From an uncultured Chloroflexia bacterium (GTDB lineage Bacteria > Chloroflexota > Limnocylindria > QHBO01), in contig CAWEUD010000041.1 of NCBI GenBank assembly GCA_963812115.1, forward strand, positions 1,895-65,894: a DNA stretch of 64,000 nt, given 5' to 3'. Below, piece after piece: positions 8,463 to 22,423 of this stretch (positions are counted from its first letter, which is position 1; every line of letters begins with the position of its first letter). A program made the position numbers and the translations under genes. The notes under the pieces were generated by a model that worked only from the letters and a program-made list of their open reading frames with translations, was not told where the DNA came from and did not search any database.

Positions 8463-10988
8463 GTGCCCGTCTTCTCCGCTCCCCGTCGTGACCGGCCAGG
8501 TCTCGCGTTTCACCGCACCCTGGCCGGCACCTCCGCGGCGGTGGTCCTCGCCGTGTCCATGCTGTACGGCGTCGCCGGCGTGGCCAGCAGCACGGCGAGC
8601 GGACCAGGATCGCTCAATCTACCCGCGCTCCAGCCGGTCGACCACCTCGTCATCAGCGAGCTGATGACCGGCGGCGCCAGCGCCTCCGACGAATTCATCG
8701 AGGTCTTCAACCCCAGCGCGCAGCCGCTACCGCTCGAGGGCCTCGAGCTGGTCTACGTGACCGCGTCGGGTGCCACCATCACCCGAAAGGTGGCCTGGGC
8801 CGACGCCGATCCATCGGTTCTGCCAGGTGGACACCTCCTCGTTGCCAACGAGGCCGGCCTGTACGGCGCGATGGCTGACGCCACCTACGCCGGCGGCCTG
8901 TCGGCAACGGGCGGAAGCGTCGTCCTGCGCAGCGTCGGAGCGGGGAGCGGCATCGATGCGGTGGGGTGGGGCACCGCCGCCAGTAGCTGGCTCGAGGCCG
9001 AGCCAGCGGTGCCGCCTGCGGCGGGGCACAGCCTCGAACGGCTTCCCGGCGGGGCGGCCGGGTCGGGCCAGGACACCGACCAGAACTCGATTGACTTCGT
9101 GGAGCGGGCGGTACCCGATCCCCAGGGATCGACCTCTCAGCCCACGCCGATCGGCACGCCGGGCCCGACCGTGTCGCCCGGTCCATCGGCCAGCATGACG
9201 CCGTCGGCGACCATCGTGCCTACGCCGACGGTGTCGCCCAGCCCCAGCCCCCCGCCCGGGGAGACGTCACTGCCCATCGGCGAGGCCCGTGCCCTGCCGG
9301 ACGGCACCAGCGTAACGATCGAAGGCTTGACGCTCACCGACAGTGATTTCACCGACGGCGGCGGCTACGTCGTGGATTCGAGCGGCGGCATTGCCGTCCT
9401 CCTCGACGGAACCAGCTTCTCGCGCGGCGTCCTCGTTCGCGTGCGCGGCGAGCTGGACGATCGCTACCACCAGCGAACGATCCGCGCGACCGCCGACGGG
9501 CTGGCCCTGCTGGGGCTCGGAGACGAAGGCGACCCGACCTTCGCGCTGACCGGGCAGATCGGGGAGCAGCAGGAGGGAACGCTCGTCAGGCTGTCAGGCG
9601 TCATCATCGGCGCGCCGAGCCGGCTCACCAGCAGCCTGGCCTTCGACCTCGACGATGGCAGCGGTGCTGTCCGGGTGGTCGTCAACGATGCGACCGGCAT
9701 CGATGTCGGCGGGATGCTGTCGAGTGCCTCCCTCGAGCTGGTCGGCGTGGTCGGCCAGCGCGATTCGAGCGGCACCGGCCTTGCGGGCTACCGCGTCCAG
9801 CCTCGCGACCAGCAGGACGTCCTGCAGCTCGGCGCCCCGACCACCGAGCCGGATCCCTCGGGCAGCGCGGAGGCTACGGCCTCCGCTACGCCCTCGGGCG
9901 GCTCGGCCGAGGATGTCGTGACGGTCGCCGCCGCCCGGCTCGCGGCCGGCGGCGCCCACGTGCGCGTGCGCGGTGTTGTGACCCTTCCCTCGTCGGTGCT
10001 GCGCGACGGGACAGCCGCCGTGGAAGACGAGACGGGCGCCATCGTGGTGCGCCTCGGCGACGAGGCCGGTGAGCTGGCGCTCGGTGAGCTCGTGGTGGTC
10101 GACGGCATCCGCTCGACGAAGTCCGGCATGGAGACGATCCGCAGCTCGACCCCGCCGCTCCGTCTCGGGGCTGAGGGGCAGCCCGTGCCCGTTGCCGTCT
10201 CGACCGCCGGCGTCGGGGAGAATCTCGAGGCGCGCCTCGTGCGCGTCAGCGGCACCGCGACGGCACCGCGACGGACGAGCGCGCAGAACGTCTACTTCGA
10301 TCTCGACGACGGTGCGGGTCCGGTCCGCGTGTTCGTCAGTCCGGCCACCGGGATCGATCCCGGCGAGGTGCTTGCCGGGAGCTGGGTCGAGGTAACGGGC
10401 GTGGTCACGCAGGAGACGAGCGGACAGCAGCCGCTGCGCGGATACCGCATCTGGCCACGCACGGTTGAGGATCTGCGGCTGCTTCCCATTGATGACGGCA
10501 CGTCGACGCCGTACGCGCCCGACGCGGGCAGCAACGACACCGGTGACACGCCGCGCCCGAGCTTCGCTGCGAAGCCCGGTTCTGCCATCGTGCCGGTACT
10601 CCCGCCGCCCCGCTTGACGGCGAGGGGCGCTTCGGCCGGGTCACCTCGGCATTCCCCGTCCCCGTCGCTCGACCCCGTGGCGCACCTCAGCGCGGCGGCC
10701 AGCGGGACCACGGATCCACGAACGACCACCCTCCAGGTCGCCCTGCTGGCGGTGGTGCTGGCCGGCGCCGCGGGCAGCCTGGCTGCAGGTCGCGCCGGCC
10801 TGGTTGGGCGCATCGGGGAGGTCGCGCGGCGGCTCCTCCGGCCACCCGGCGAGCAGGAGGCCGAGGAGATCCTGCGGAGTCCAGCCTCACGCTCGCTCGA
10901 GGCTGCAGCGGGTCGACTCGTGCCGCTGCGCGTGGTGGACGATGCGCCGCAGGAGTCCGAAGCCTCGCACGCGGAGCGAACCCGGTGA
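8463..10988 (+). CDS. Secreted, C-terminally membrane-anchored protein: lamin-tail domain plus four OB-fold-like modules
   Basis: GGGAGG lies 6 nt before in-frame GTG 8463 (alternative GTG 8436). Signal-like AAVVLAVSMLYGVAGVASSTA. LTD signature VISELMTGGASASDEFIEVFNPS..LEGLELVY..GGSVVLRS (about 8637-9050). Pro/Ser/Thr linker. Modules A1 9270-9515, B1 9540-9833, A2 9915-10169, B2 10185-10484. TM helix LQVALLAVVLAGAAGSLAAG (about 10728-10793). Confidence 0.75.
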   Translation: MPVFSAPRRDRPGLAFHRTLAGTSAAVVLAVSMLYGVAGVASSTASGPGSLNLPALQPVDHLVISELMTGGASASDEFIEVFNPSAQPLPLEGLELVYVTASGATITRKVAWADADPSVLPGGHLLVANEAGLYGAMADATYAGGLSATGGSVVLRSVGAGSGIDAVGWGTAASSWLEAEPAVPPAAGHSLERLPGGAAGSGQDTDQNSIDFVERAVPDPQGSTSQPTPIGTPGPTVSPGPSASMTPSATIVPTPTVSPSPSPPPGETSLPIGEARALPDGTSVTIEGLTLTDSDFTDGGGYVVDSSGGIAVLLDGTSFSRGVLVRVRGELDDRYHQRTIRATADGLALLGLGDEGDPTFALTGQIGEQQEGTLVRLSGVIIGAPSRLTSSLAFDLDDGSGAVRVVVNDATGIDVGGMLSSASLELVGVVGQRDSSGTGLAGYRVQPRDQQDVLQLGAPTTEPDPSGSAEATASATPSGGSAEDVVTVAAARLAAGGAHVRVRGVVTLPSSVLRDGTAAVEDETGAIVVRLGDEAGELALGELVVVDGIRSTKSGMETIRSSTPPLRLGAEGQPVPVAVSTAGVGENLEARLVRVSGTATAPRRTSAQNVYFDLDDGAGPVRVFVSPATGIDPGEVLAGSWVEVTGVVTQETSGQQPLRGYRIWPRTVEDLRLLPIDDGTSTPYAPDAGSNDTGDTPRPSFAAKPGSAIVPVLPPPRLTARGASAGSPRHSPSPSLDPVAHLSAAASGTTDPRTTTLQVALLAVVLAGAAGSLAAGRAGLVGRIGEVARRLLRPPGEQEAEEILRSPASRSLEAAAGRLVPLRVVDDAPQESEASHAERTR

Positions 10989-11051
10989 CGCGCGGGGCGT
11001 ATACTCCCGCCGACCCGACGAGGGAAGCTGAGACGGAGGCTAGCCGAGCAC

Positions 11052-11915
11052 GTGGCGCACGTGTCCAACATGAGCAGAGCCGACCACCCCATGACGGGGG
11101 AGCGCCAGTATCACATCGCGCTCGAACGGGGTGAGCTGGCCGAGTACATCCTCCTGGCGGGGGACCCCGGGCGGGTCGCCAAGGTGGCGGCCAACTTCGA
11201 TTCCACCCGACTGGAGCGCAGCAACCGCGAGATCAGGACGGTCACGGGGACCTACCGCGGCATGCCCGTCTCGGTGATGTCGACCGGGATGGGGCCGGAC
11301 AACATCGAGATCGTGCTCGCAGAGATCATGGAGATCACCGACCGGCCCACGCTGATCCGCCTCGGTTCGAGCGGGGCCATCCAGCCCGATATCAGCCATG
11401 ACGACCTCGTGATCTCGATCGGCGCCGTGCGCCTGGAGAACACCACCGACTACTACGTGCACCCTGGCTACCCCGCGATCGCCCACCGGGACGTGGTCTG
11501 GGCCCTGGAGTCGGCCTGTCGCGAGAAGGGGTACGCGTACCACGCTGGGCTGACCGCCACGGCCCCCGGCTTCTACGCTCCGCAAGGAAGGGCGATGCGC
11601 TCGCTTCCGGTTCGCTATCCTCACCTCGCTGAGGAGCTCCAGCTCCAGGGTGTGGCGAACTTCGAAATGGAGTCGTCGGCACTGTTCGTGCTCTCCGCGC
11701 TGGCTGGGCTTCGATCGGGTACGGTGTGTGCCGTGTATGCACAACGCATAGAAGGGACATTTCCGGAAGGTGCGGCGAAGGACGCCGCGGAGGCACGCTG
11801 CATCGATGCCGGCCTGACCGGCATCCACCTGCTGTGGGAGATGGATCAGCAGCAGGACGGGGATCCCCGCTCACGCTGGTCGTCGTTGATCGGCAGGCAA
11901 GGCGGAGAGCGGTAA
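11052..11915 (+). CDS. Nucleoside phosphorylase (PNP/UDP family, uridine phosphorylase-like)
   Basis: YHIAL..AEYILLAGDPGRV, MSTGMGPDNIEI, GSSGA, ANFEMESSAL. Start uncertain (GTG 11052, ATG 11070 or ATG 11091). Confidence 0.8.
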   Translation: MAHVSNMSRADHPMTGERQYHIALERGELAEYILLAGDPGRVAKVAANFDSTRLERSNREIRTVTGTYRGMPVSVMSTGMGPDNIEIVLAEIMEITDRPTLIRLGSSGAIQPDISHDDLVISIGAVRLENTTDYYVHPGYPAIAHRDVVWALESACREKGYAYHAGLTATAPGFYAPQGRAMRSLPVRYPHLAEELQLQGVANFEMESSALFVLSALAGLRSGTVCAVYAQRIEGTFPEGAAKDAAEARCIDAGLTGIHLLWEMDQQQDGDPRSRWSSLIGRQGGER

Positions 11916-11957
11916 CCGCAGACCGGCGCCCGCGCCGGAGAAGGAGGCTACCAACCG

Positions 11958-12101
11958 ATGGCGACCAATGCCTATTGCGTCAAGTGCAAGGCAAAGCGCG
12001 ACATGACCAACGAGCAGAAGATCACGATGAAGAACGGAAAGCCCGCCACGCAGGGAACCTGCCCGGTGTGCGGGACCAAGATGTTCAAGATCGGCGGCTG
12101 A
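11958..12101 (+). CDS. Small zinc-ribbon protein (DUF5679-like), 47 aa, below the ORF-track cutoff
   Basis: AAGGAGG (11941-11947) 10 nt upstream of the ATG. Translation MATNAYCVKCKAKRDMTNEQKITMKNGKPATQGTCPVCGTKMFKIGG* has CxxC...CxxC. Followed by hairpin cgctca-gcaat-tgagcg (12102-12118). Confidence 0.7.
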   Translation: MATNAYCVKCKAKRDMTNEQKITMKNGKPATQGTCPVCGTKMFKIGG

Positions 12102-12269
12102 CGCTCAGCAATTGAGCGGCTCGACCACGGTGCCGGGAACGAGCCCGGCGGCGGTCGCGCCACGTTCACAGGGCCGTCCGGGTCGGTGCCGGGGAGAATT
12201 TCCCCCGGTGTCTGCGCCGGGCGGCCATTTCGATGCCCGGCCGCTGCAGGCCGCTACAATGGAAGCCTC

Positions 12270-13307
12270 GTGGATGAGGCAGCCGACCATCCGATCCTGG
12301 CGATCGACCTCGGCGGCACCCAGATCCGCGCCGCCTACGTGAGTCCGGACCTTGCGGTCGTCTGCCGCCGGGCCTCCGGTACGCGCGATGAAGACGGGGT
12401 CGATGCGGTCGTGGAGCGGGTGAACCGTCTTGCGGGCGAAACGCGCGACGAAGCGCGACGCCTCCGCCTTCCCGATCCCATTGGCGCCGGCATCTCGTCC
12501 CCCGGACCCCTGGACCCCTGGCGCGGCGTAGTGATCGCACCTCCCAACCTGGCCGGTTGGCGCGACGTGCCGCTGGCCGATGAGCTCCAGGAGCACCTTG
12601 GGCTGCCCGCCTACCTTGAGCGCGATACGAACGTGGCGGTCATGGCCGAGTGGCGCTACGGTGCCGCACGGGGAGCCCGGAATGTGATCTACGTCACGGT
12701 ATCGACTGGCGTCGGGGGCGGCATCGTGATCGACGGGCGCCCGCTGATCGGCCTCGACGGCACCGCCGGCGAAGTCGGGCACCTCACCGTTGAGCTCGAC
12801 GGGCCGCTGTGCGGCGACGGCGCGGCCGGGCATGTCGAAGCCATCGGCTCGGGCACCGCCATCGCCCGCGAGGCTCGTGCCCTCCTGGCACGCGACGGAT
12901 CGCCGATCCTCGCCTCGCTGGCTGCGACGCTCGACGATGTGGATGCGGCCACGGTTGCCCTCGCCGCGGACCGCGGCGATCCGGCCAGCCTGGCAATCCT
13001 CGCCCGCGCCTGGACGGCCATCGGCGCCATGTGCTCCGGGCTCGTCAACCTGCTCAATCCGGAGGTGATCGTGCTCGGCGGGAGCATTGCGGTGCATCGG
13101 CCTGAGCTCCTTGGCGTCGTCCGCGACGAGATCGATCGCCGGTCGTTCCCGATCCCGGCGCGTCGCGTGCGGGTCGCCATGGCAGCGCACCGCGACGATG
13201 TCTCCCTGATCGGGTCGCTCCCGATCGTCAATGAACGTCTCCACGATCCCGCATACGCGCGGGACCGTCTACTTCCGCCACCCGCAGAGATGAGGAGCCC
13301 AGCGTGA
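12270..13307 (+). CDS. ROK-family sugar kinase (glucokinase-like)
   Basis: [42 protein letters not shown] and a Cys/His zinc motif ([10 protein letters not shown]). GTG 12270 preferred; ORF opens at 12186. Stop overlaps the gap GTG. Confidence 0.8.
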   Translation: MDEAADHPILAIDLGGTQIRAAYVSPDLAVVCRRASGTRDEDGVDAVVERVNRLAGETRDEARRLRLPDPIGAGISSPGPLDPWRGVVIAPPNLAGWRDVPLADELQEHLGLPAYLERDTNVAVMAEWRYGAARGARNVIYVTVSTGVGGGIVIDGRPLIGLDGTAGEVGHLTVELDGPLCGDGAAGHVEAIGSGTAIAREARALLARDGSPILASLAATLDDVDAATVALAADRGDPASLAILARAWTAIGAMCSGLVNLLNPEVIVLGGSIAVHRPELLGVVRDEIDRRSFPIPARRVRVAMAAHRDDVSLIGSLPIVNERLHDPAYARDRLLPPPAEMRSPA

Positions 13308-14308
13308 CTCGCATCGGTATCAACGGATTCGGCCGCATCGGCCGTCAGACCCTGAAGGCGATTCTCGAGCGCCACCCGGAGCTCGAGGTTGTGGCCATCA
13401 ATGACCTTCAGCCGGTCGCCACCAGCGCGCACCTATTCAAGTACGACTCGACCTACGGTAGGTTCGAGGGCGCGGTGACGGCCGGCGAGTCGTCGATCAC
13501 GGTCGACGGCCACGAGGTCAAGGCCTTCTCGGAGAAGGATCCGGCCGCGCTTCCCTGGAAGGACCTCGGCGTCGAGATCGTGATCGAATCGACCGGCATC
13601 TTCACCGATGCGACGAAGGCGCGCGCCCACATCGACGGCGGCGCCCGCAAGGTGATCATCTCGGCCCCGGCCAAGAACGAAGACGTGACGCTCGTGCTGG
13701 GCGTCAACCAGGACAGGTACGACCCGGAGCAGCACGACATCGTGAGCAACGCATCGTGCACCACCAACGGCCTGGCGCTGCCGGCCAAGGTCGTCTTCGA
13801 CCGCTTCGGGATTCAGCATGGGCTTATGACGACGGTCCACAGCTACACCAACGACCAGAACGTGCTCGACGTCTTCCACAAGGACCTGCGCCGCGCTCGG
13901 AGCGCCGGCCAGAACATCATTCCCACCAGTACCGGCGCCGCCAAGGCCCTGGCCCTCGTGATCCCCGAGCTGAAGGGGAAGTTCGACGGGTTCTCGCTCC
14001 GCGTGCCGACCCCCACGGTGAGCGTCATCGACTTCGTGGCCGTCACCGAGAAGCCGGTGACCGCTGAGAGCGCCAACGAGGCCCTGCGCGCTGCGGCGGA
14101 TGGCCCGATGCAGGGGCTGCTCGGCTACACCGAGGAGAAGCTCGTCTCCATGGACTTCAAGGGCGACGAGCGGTCGAGCATCGTTGACGCGGCGTCGACG
14201 ATGGTCACCGGCGGCAACCTGCTCAAGGTAATCGCCTGGTACGACAACGAATGGGGCTATAGCTGTCGCGTCGCCGACCTGGCGAAGTACATGGCCGACC
14301 GCCTCTAG
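13304..14308 (+). CDS. gap: Glyceraldehyde-3-phosphate dehydrogenase
   Basis: INGFGRIGR, catalytic [20 protein letters not shown]. Confidence 0.95.
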   Translation: MTRIGINGFGRIGRQTLKAILERHPELEVVAINDLQPVATSAHLFKYDSTYGRFEGAVTAGESSITVDGHEVKAFSEKDPAALPWKDLGVEIVIESTGIFTDATKARAHIDGGARKVIISAPAKNEDVTLVLGVNQDRYDPEQHDIVSNASCTTNGLALPAKVVFDRFGIQHGLMTTVHSYTNDQNVLDVFHKDLRRARSAGQNIIPTSTGAAKALALVIPELKGKFDGFSLRVPTPTVSVIDFVAVTEKPVTAESANEALRAAADGPMQGLLGYTEEKLVSMDFKGDERSSIVDAASTMVTGGNLLKVIAWYDNEWGYSCRVADLAKYMADRL

Positions 14309-14326
14309 CCACAGGAGGCGCCAGCC

Positions 14327-17350
<3,024 letters not shown>

Positions 17351-17419
17351 GAATACTCCTCGAGAGTGGTGTGCTGAGCACGAAAAGAAGCGCCGGCATT
17401 CCGGCGCGCGCCGACGCGG

Positions 17420-17449
17420 AGTATAGCATCGGCGCTTGATTGCGGCCAA
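17420..17449 (-). promoter_or_regulatory. Candidate rpsT promoter (TTGGCC-18 nt-TATACT on the minus strand)
   Basis: Reverse complement reads TTGGCC gcaatcaagcgccgatgc TATACT. A 7-bp hairpin gcgccgg-catt-ccggcgc (17390-17407) lies in the predicted 5' UTR. Confidence 0.4.
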
Positions 17450-17661
17450 GCCCACCCCGAGGAGCCTGGTACGACCATCGGACCCGAAGGTGCCACTCGA
17501 CAGGATCGCGCTGAGGGCCGACAATTCGCGCACGCTGGCCGAATCTGCTCGCTGCCAGCCGCAACATGACGCCACGCGCCGGCGTCATTGGGGAGGACCG
17601 CAGCCGCGCATGACGCACCGCATCCTGAGCAAGGGCCTCGTCCCGTAGGGTTCACTCGCCC

Positions 17662-19569
17662 ATGACGACCATCACCACGGCCCTCACGCGAACCGGCAGC
17701 TTCATGCAGCCGGGACCGGCGAGGCGCGCCTTCCTGATCGGGTTCTTCGCCACGCTGGCCGCGGGGATCTCGCTCCTGCTGGCGACCTCGATCGGGGTGG
17801 GCGTGCTGTCCGCAAGTCGCGTGATGCCGGGCGTCAGCGTGGCGGGCGTGAACGTTGCCGGCCTCGACAGGCCGGCCGCCGAAGCTCGCCTTCGCGCCGA
17901 GCTCCCATCGATGGGCACCGGGGAGCTGATGCTTCTCGTGGATGGAGAGGCGACTGCGGTGCCGTTCGCCGACCTGGGACGCGGATACCGCCTGGACCAG
18001 ATGCTCGATTCCGCCTTCGCCGTTGCGCGCAGTGGCAACCCGCTGGCGGACGTCGTGGGACGCCTCCGGACGCTGATCCACGCGTCAGCGATTCCACCCG
18101 TCGCCGCCAGCGACGACCCCGATGCGCTCGACAAGGCAGTCACAGGTCTCGCCGCAGACTTCGCTCGCGCACCGACCAACGCCTCGGCCGCGTATTCGGC
18201 GGGAAGTGGCTTCACCGTCACGCCCGGCGTTGATGGCGCGCGGCTCGACAGCGAGGCGCTGCGTGCCGCCCTGCTCTCCGCGGTAACCACGTTGGACGCC
18301 GGGAACGCCGAGGTCTCGGTCCAGACCCTGCCGGTTGCTCCGCAGATCACCACCGCGGCGGCCGAGCGTGCAGCCGCGGAGGCTGAGCGCATGGCGGCGG
18401 AGCCGCTCGCGTTGCGCGCCGGCGGGAAGGCGTTCGACCTGTCCGAGTCGGACCTGGCGGCCATGGTCTCCTTCGAGGTCGGCGCAGACGGCGCGTACCT
18501 GCCGGTGCTGGACCGGGAGGGCCTGGCAGCCCTGATCGAGCCGCTGGCGGGCGAGGTGGCGCAGGATCCCAAGAACGCGGCCTTCGAATGGAGCGCCAAC
18601 GGCGTCACCGGCGTCGTACCCGGCGTCGAGGGGCAGGAACTCGACGTCGACGGCAGTGTTGCCGCGGTGGTCGAGAGCCTGCAGGCGCGCGCGCACCACT
18701 CCGTCCGGCGCGCAGCGCCGCTGGCAGTCGTCGTGACGGCGCCGGCTCTCAGCACCGAGGCAGCGCTCGCTGCGGCAGACCAGATGGTTCGCCTGCCCGG
18801 CGGCACCTGGACCACCTACTTCGTGCCGGGTGACGGGAACTACTGGGGGAAGAACATCACGATTCCGGCGAAGGATCTGGACGGCTTCATCGTCGCGCCG
18901 GGGGAGTGGTTCAGCTTCTGGGACGGCATCGGTCCGGTGACGCTGGAGCATGGCTACGGCTACGGCGGCGCGATCCTGGGCGGGCGGAGCGTGGCGAACG
19001 GGGCCCTGGCGGGCGGCATCTGCTCCACCTCGACGACGCTCTTCAACGCGGCCATGCGCGCCGGGCTCGAGATCGGCGATCGGACGAACCACTCCTACTA
19101 CATCGAGCGCTACCCGGTCGGCCTGGACGCAACGGTCCTCAAGACCGATACGTGGGCGACCGACATGACGTTCCGCAACGACACGGCGTCCCCGATCGTC
19201 ATCCGCTCCTCGTACGGCAGCGGCTTCGTGCGGTTCGATGTCTGGGGGGTACCCGACGGACGCACGGTGAGCCTCACCAAGCCGGTCACCTCAAACCACA
19301 AGCAGGCAACGGAGACGACCGTGGTCAACACATCTCTGAAGTCAGGCACCAGGAAGCGCGTCGAGTACATGCACAACGGGTTCGATGCGGTGGTGACCCG
19401 GACAGTCCGGGACGCCGATGCGAAGGTCCTCCACGCCGACACGTGGACGAGCCACTACCGGACCATCAACGGCATTACCGAGGTTGGTCCCGCGCCGGCC
19501 GCGACGCCGGCGCCTTCCGCGTCCCCGGTCCCGTCGCCGTCCGCGGACCCGTCGCCGCCGGCCGCTTAG
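17662..19569 (+). CDS. VanW-family protein (N-terminal TM anchor, PG-binding-like region, VanW domain)
   Basis: TM FLIGFFATLAAGISLLLATSIGVGVL. VanW core GGICSTSTTLFNAAMRAGLEIGDRTNHSYYIERYPVGLDATV. Pro/Ser-rich tail. Confidence 0.8.
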   Translation: MTTITTALTRTGSFMQPGPARRAFLIGFFATLAAGISLLLATSIGVGVLSASRVMPGVSVAGVNVAGLDRPAAEARLRAELPSMGTGELMLLVDGEATAVPFADLGRGYRLDQMLDSAFAVARSGNPLADVVGRLRTLIHASAIPPVAASDDPDALDKAVTGLAADFARAPTNASAAYSAGSGFTVTPGVDGARLDSEALRAALLSAVTTLDAGNAEVSVQTLPVAPQITTAAAERAAAEAERMAAEPLALRAGGKAFDLSESDLAAMVSFEVGADGAYLPVLDREGLAALIEPLAGEVAQDPKNAAFEWSANGVTGVVPGVEGQELDVDGSVAAVVESLQARAHHSVRRAAPLAVVVTAPALSTEAALAAADQMVRLPGGTWTTYFVPGDGNYWGKNITIPAKDLDGFIVAPGEWFSFWDGIGPVTLEHGYGYGGAILGGRSVANGALAGGICSTSTTLFNAAMRAGLEIGDRTNHSYYIERYPVGLDATVLKTDTWATDMTFRNDTASPIVIRSSYGSGFVRFDVWGVPDGRTVSLTKPVTSNHKQATETTVVNTSLKSGTRKRVEYMHNGFDAVVTRTVRDADAKVLHADTWTSHYRTINGITEVGPAPAATPAPSASPVPSPSADPSPPAA

Positions 19570-20593
19570 CCGCCCACTCCACCGCGATCTCGCGCAACCA
19601 AGCCGGCGGCGCGTACGCCCACTGCGCGCGCTCCGCCTCACTGGCGCCCCGCAGCGCCGCGTCCCAGGCGAGCAGGCGTGGGACACCACCGACGCGTCGC
19701 GCCAACGTCGCCGCTCTCCGCAGCTCAGCCAGCGGCGCGATCCCCGTCCACGGCTCAAGGTACGCGTCCTCCAGTCGCCGAAGCTCCCGGCTGGCGGCGG
19801 TGAGCCCGAAGTGGTCCTCGACGCCGCGCATTGCCACCAGCAGGACGGCGAATGGAGGTCCCAGGTAGGCGTCGCCCCAGTCCACGAATCGGTAGCCGAA
19901 TGGGGATCCTCGCGGGGCGAGGAGGATGTTGCCGGCGTGGAAGTCGTCGTGCTGGACGCTGTCGGATATCCCGTAGCCCGCCAGCTCGCGGCAGGCATCG
20001 GCGAACGGGTGCACCGCCCGCGACACGAGCTCACGCTCGTCGGGACGGAGGCGATCATCGCCGGCATCGGGCAGCTCGTCCAGGCGGTCGAGCAGGTCTG
20101 AGAAAGCGGCCGGCAGCGAACCCAGCCGGCGGTCGAGGGCCCCGGCGGCTAGCAGGTCGGCCGCAAGCGGAGCGGCCGCGACCTGCAGCTCGGCCATGCG
20201 CGGCAGGATTCGCTCCCAGTGCGCAAGCTCCGGCAGTGCCTCCATGCGATCGCGGAGGACGGGTCCGCCCTCCGGCAGCAGCATCAGGCGCGCGGAGACG
20301 TCCACGGCGAGTGGTTGGAGGACGGCGTCGGGCGCCAGCGCGGACAGCAGCGCCGTGATGCCCGCGTCGTTCGCCATCGACGGCGCCGTCGTCTTCACCC
20401 GCAGCAGGCCCGCGGCACTGGGAACCAGCAGCACGCTCGACCAGGGCCGCACGCGCGCGTGTTCGGTCTGCCCGGTGCGCCGGATGCGCAGGGCCGCCAG
20501 CTGATCATTGATCCATGCCTCGATCCGTTCCGGCCAATCCGGATGCGTCCATGGCCGCGCCGCTTTGCTGCTCACGGAACGGATCGTAGCCAT
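19475..20593 (-). CDS. Phosphotransferase of the APH/choline-kinase fold
   Basis: Brenner-type motif [11 protein letters not shown] and DWGDAYLG. The 3' end overlaps the VanW 3' end by 95 nt as drawn. Confidence 0.7.
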   Translation of the reverse strand: MATIRSVSSKAARPWTHPDWPERIEAWINDQLAALRIRRTGQTEHARVRPWSSVLLVPSAAGLLRVKTTAPSMANDAGITALLSALAPDAVLQPLAVDVSARLMLLPEGGPVLRDRMEALPELAHWERILPRMAELQVAAAPLAADLLAAGALDRRLGSLPAAFSDLLDRLDELPDAGDDRLRPDERELVSRAVHPFADACRELAGYGISDSVQHDDFHAGNILLAPRGSPFGYRFVDWGDAYLGPPFAVLLVAMRGVEDHFGLTAASRELRRLEDAYLEPWTGIAPLAELRRAATLARRVGGVPRLLAWDAALRGASEAERAQWAYAPPAWLREIAVEWAAKRPAATGPRTATGPGTRKAPASRPARDQPR

Positions 20594-20611
20594 CCGCTAA
20601 CCTTCGGCTCC

Positions 20612-22423
20612 GTGATTCCCCCGGAGCGCACCCGCAACTTCAGCATCGTGGCGCACATCGACCACGGCAAGTCCACGCTTGCTGACCGGTTGCTGGAGGC
20701 TACCCACACCATCGACAAGCGGCTCATGCAGTCGCAGGTCCTGGACAGCATGGAGCTGGAGCGCGAGAAGGGGATCACCATCAAGGCGCGCGCCGTCCGG
20801 CTGCACTACGACGCCGAAGATGGGCAGACCTACGCCCTTAACCTGATCGACACGCCGGGCCACGTGGACTTCACCTACGAGGTCAGCCGGTCGCTGCAGG
20901 CCTGCGAGGGGGCGATCCTGGTGGTTGATGCCAGCCAGGGGATCGAGGCGCAGACGCTCGCCAACGTCCACCTGGCGATGCAGCAGAACCTGGTCGTCAT
21001 CCCGGTCATCAACAAGATCGACCTGCCCAGCGCCGATCCCGAGATGGTGATCGGCGAGTTGGAGGAGACGCTGGCCATCCCGCGCGAGGAGGTCATCCTG
21101 GCGTCAGCCAAGGAGGGGTTGGGCGTGGCCGAGGTGCTCGAGGCGATCGTCAAGCGCGTCCCGCCTCCCCGCGGCAACGGCGAGGCACCGCTGCAGGCGC
21201 TCGTCTTCGACAGCCACTACGACCAGTACAAGGGCGTGGTGGCCTACGTGCGCCTCGCCAACGGAACGCTGCACGACCACGAGCGGATCCGGTTCATGGC
21301 GACCGGCGCCGAGACCGAGATCCTGGAGCTCGGCTACTTTCGCCCGCAGCCGGTCCCGACCCGCAGCCTCACCGCGGGCGAGGTCGGCTACGTTGCGACT
21401 GGATTGAAGAGCATCGCCGAAGCCCGCGTCGGCGACACCCTGACGCACGCCGGCGTGCGTGCGCCGCAGCCGCTGCCCGGCTACAAGCAGGCGCTTCCGC
21501 TCGTCTTCGCCGGCATCTACCCCATGCGCGGGGACGACTACCCGCTGTTGCGCGACGCCCTCGACAAGCTCCACCTCAACGATGCCAGCTTCGTCTACGA
21601 GCCGGAATCGAGCGCGGCGCTCGGCTTCGGGTTCCGCTGCGGATTCCTTGGCCTGCTGCACATGGAGATCGTCCAGGAGCGGCTGGAACGCGAGTTCGAC
21701 CTGGACCTCATCGCGTCTGCCCCGAGCGTCGAGTACCGGGTGAAGACGCTCCAACGGGTTGACGAGCTGGTGGTCGACAACCCCGCCCAGATGCCGTCGG
21801 CCGGCGAGGTCGAGGAGATCAGGGAGCCGTGGGTAGCGGCCCAGGTCATCACCCCCACCGACTACATCGGGCCGATCATGGAGCTGGCCACCGGCCGCCG
21901 TGGCGAGTTCGGCAACATGGAGTACCTGGATCCGAAGCGGGTCAACCTCCACTTCGAGCTCCCCCTGGCCGAGCTGATCATCGACTTCTACGACCAGCTG
22001 AAGAGCCGGTCCTCGGGCTATGCCAGCCTCGACTACCAGTACATCGGCTACCGCGTCGGCGACCTCGTCAAGCTCGACATCCTGGTCAACGGCGAGCCCG
22101 TTGACGCGCTCTCCCTGATCATCCATCGGTCCAACGCCTACCGTCAGGGGAGGGCGCTGGTCGACAAGCTGAAGGAGCTGATCCCGCGCCAGATGTTCGA
22201 AGTGCCGGTCCAGGCCGCCATCGGCTCGCATATCATCAGCCGCGAGACGATCCGGGCCATGCGCAAGAACGTCCTGGCCAAGTGCTACGGCGGGGACGTG
22301 ACGCGCAAGCGCAAGCTCCTCGAGAAGCAGAAGGAAGGGAAGCAGCGGATGAAGCGGGTCGGCTCGGTCGAGATTCCGCAGGAGGCGTTCCTGGCCGTGC
22401 TGCGCATGAACGAGGCGTCCTAG
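20612..22423 (+). CDS. lepA: Translation elongation factor 4 (LepA)
   Basis: GTG 20612 gives [42 protein letters not shown]-terminal LepA domain (..[17 protein letters not shown]). The ORF-track N-terminal extension (from 20219) is antisense to the APH gene. Confidence 0.93.
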   Translation: MIPPERTRNFSIVAHIDHGKSTLADRLLEATHTIDKRLMQSQVLDSMELEREKGITIKARAVRLHYDAEDGQTYALNLIDTPGHVDFTYEVSRSLQACEGAILVVDASQGIEAQTLANVHLAMQQNLVVIPVINKIDLPSADPEMVIGELEETLAIPREEVILASAKEGLGVAEVLEAIVKRVPPPRGNGEAPLQALVFDSHYDQYKGVVAYVRLANGTLHDHERIRFMATGAETEILELGYFRPQPVPTRSLTAGEVGYVATGLKSIAEARVGDTLTHAGVRAPQPLPGYKQALPLVFAGIYPMRGDDYPLLRDALDKLHLNDASFVYEPESSAALGFGFRCGFLGLLHMEIVQERLEREFDLDLIASAPSVEYRVKTLQRVDELVVDNPAQMPSAGEVEEIREPWVAAQVITPTDYIGPIMELATGRRGEFGNMEYLDPKRVNLHFELPLAELIIDFYDQLKSRSSGYASLDYQYIGYRVGDLVKLDILVNGEPVDALSLIIHRSNAYRQGRALVDKLKELIPRQMFEVPVQAAIGSHIISRETIRAMRKNVLAKCYGGDVTRKRKLLEKQKEGKQRMKRVGSVEIPQEAFLAVLRMNEAS

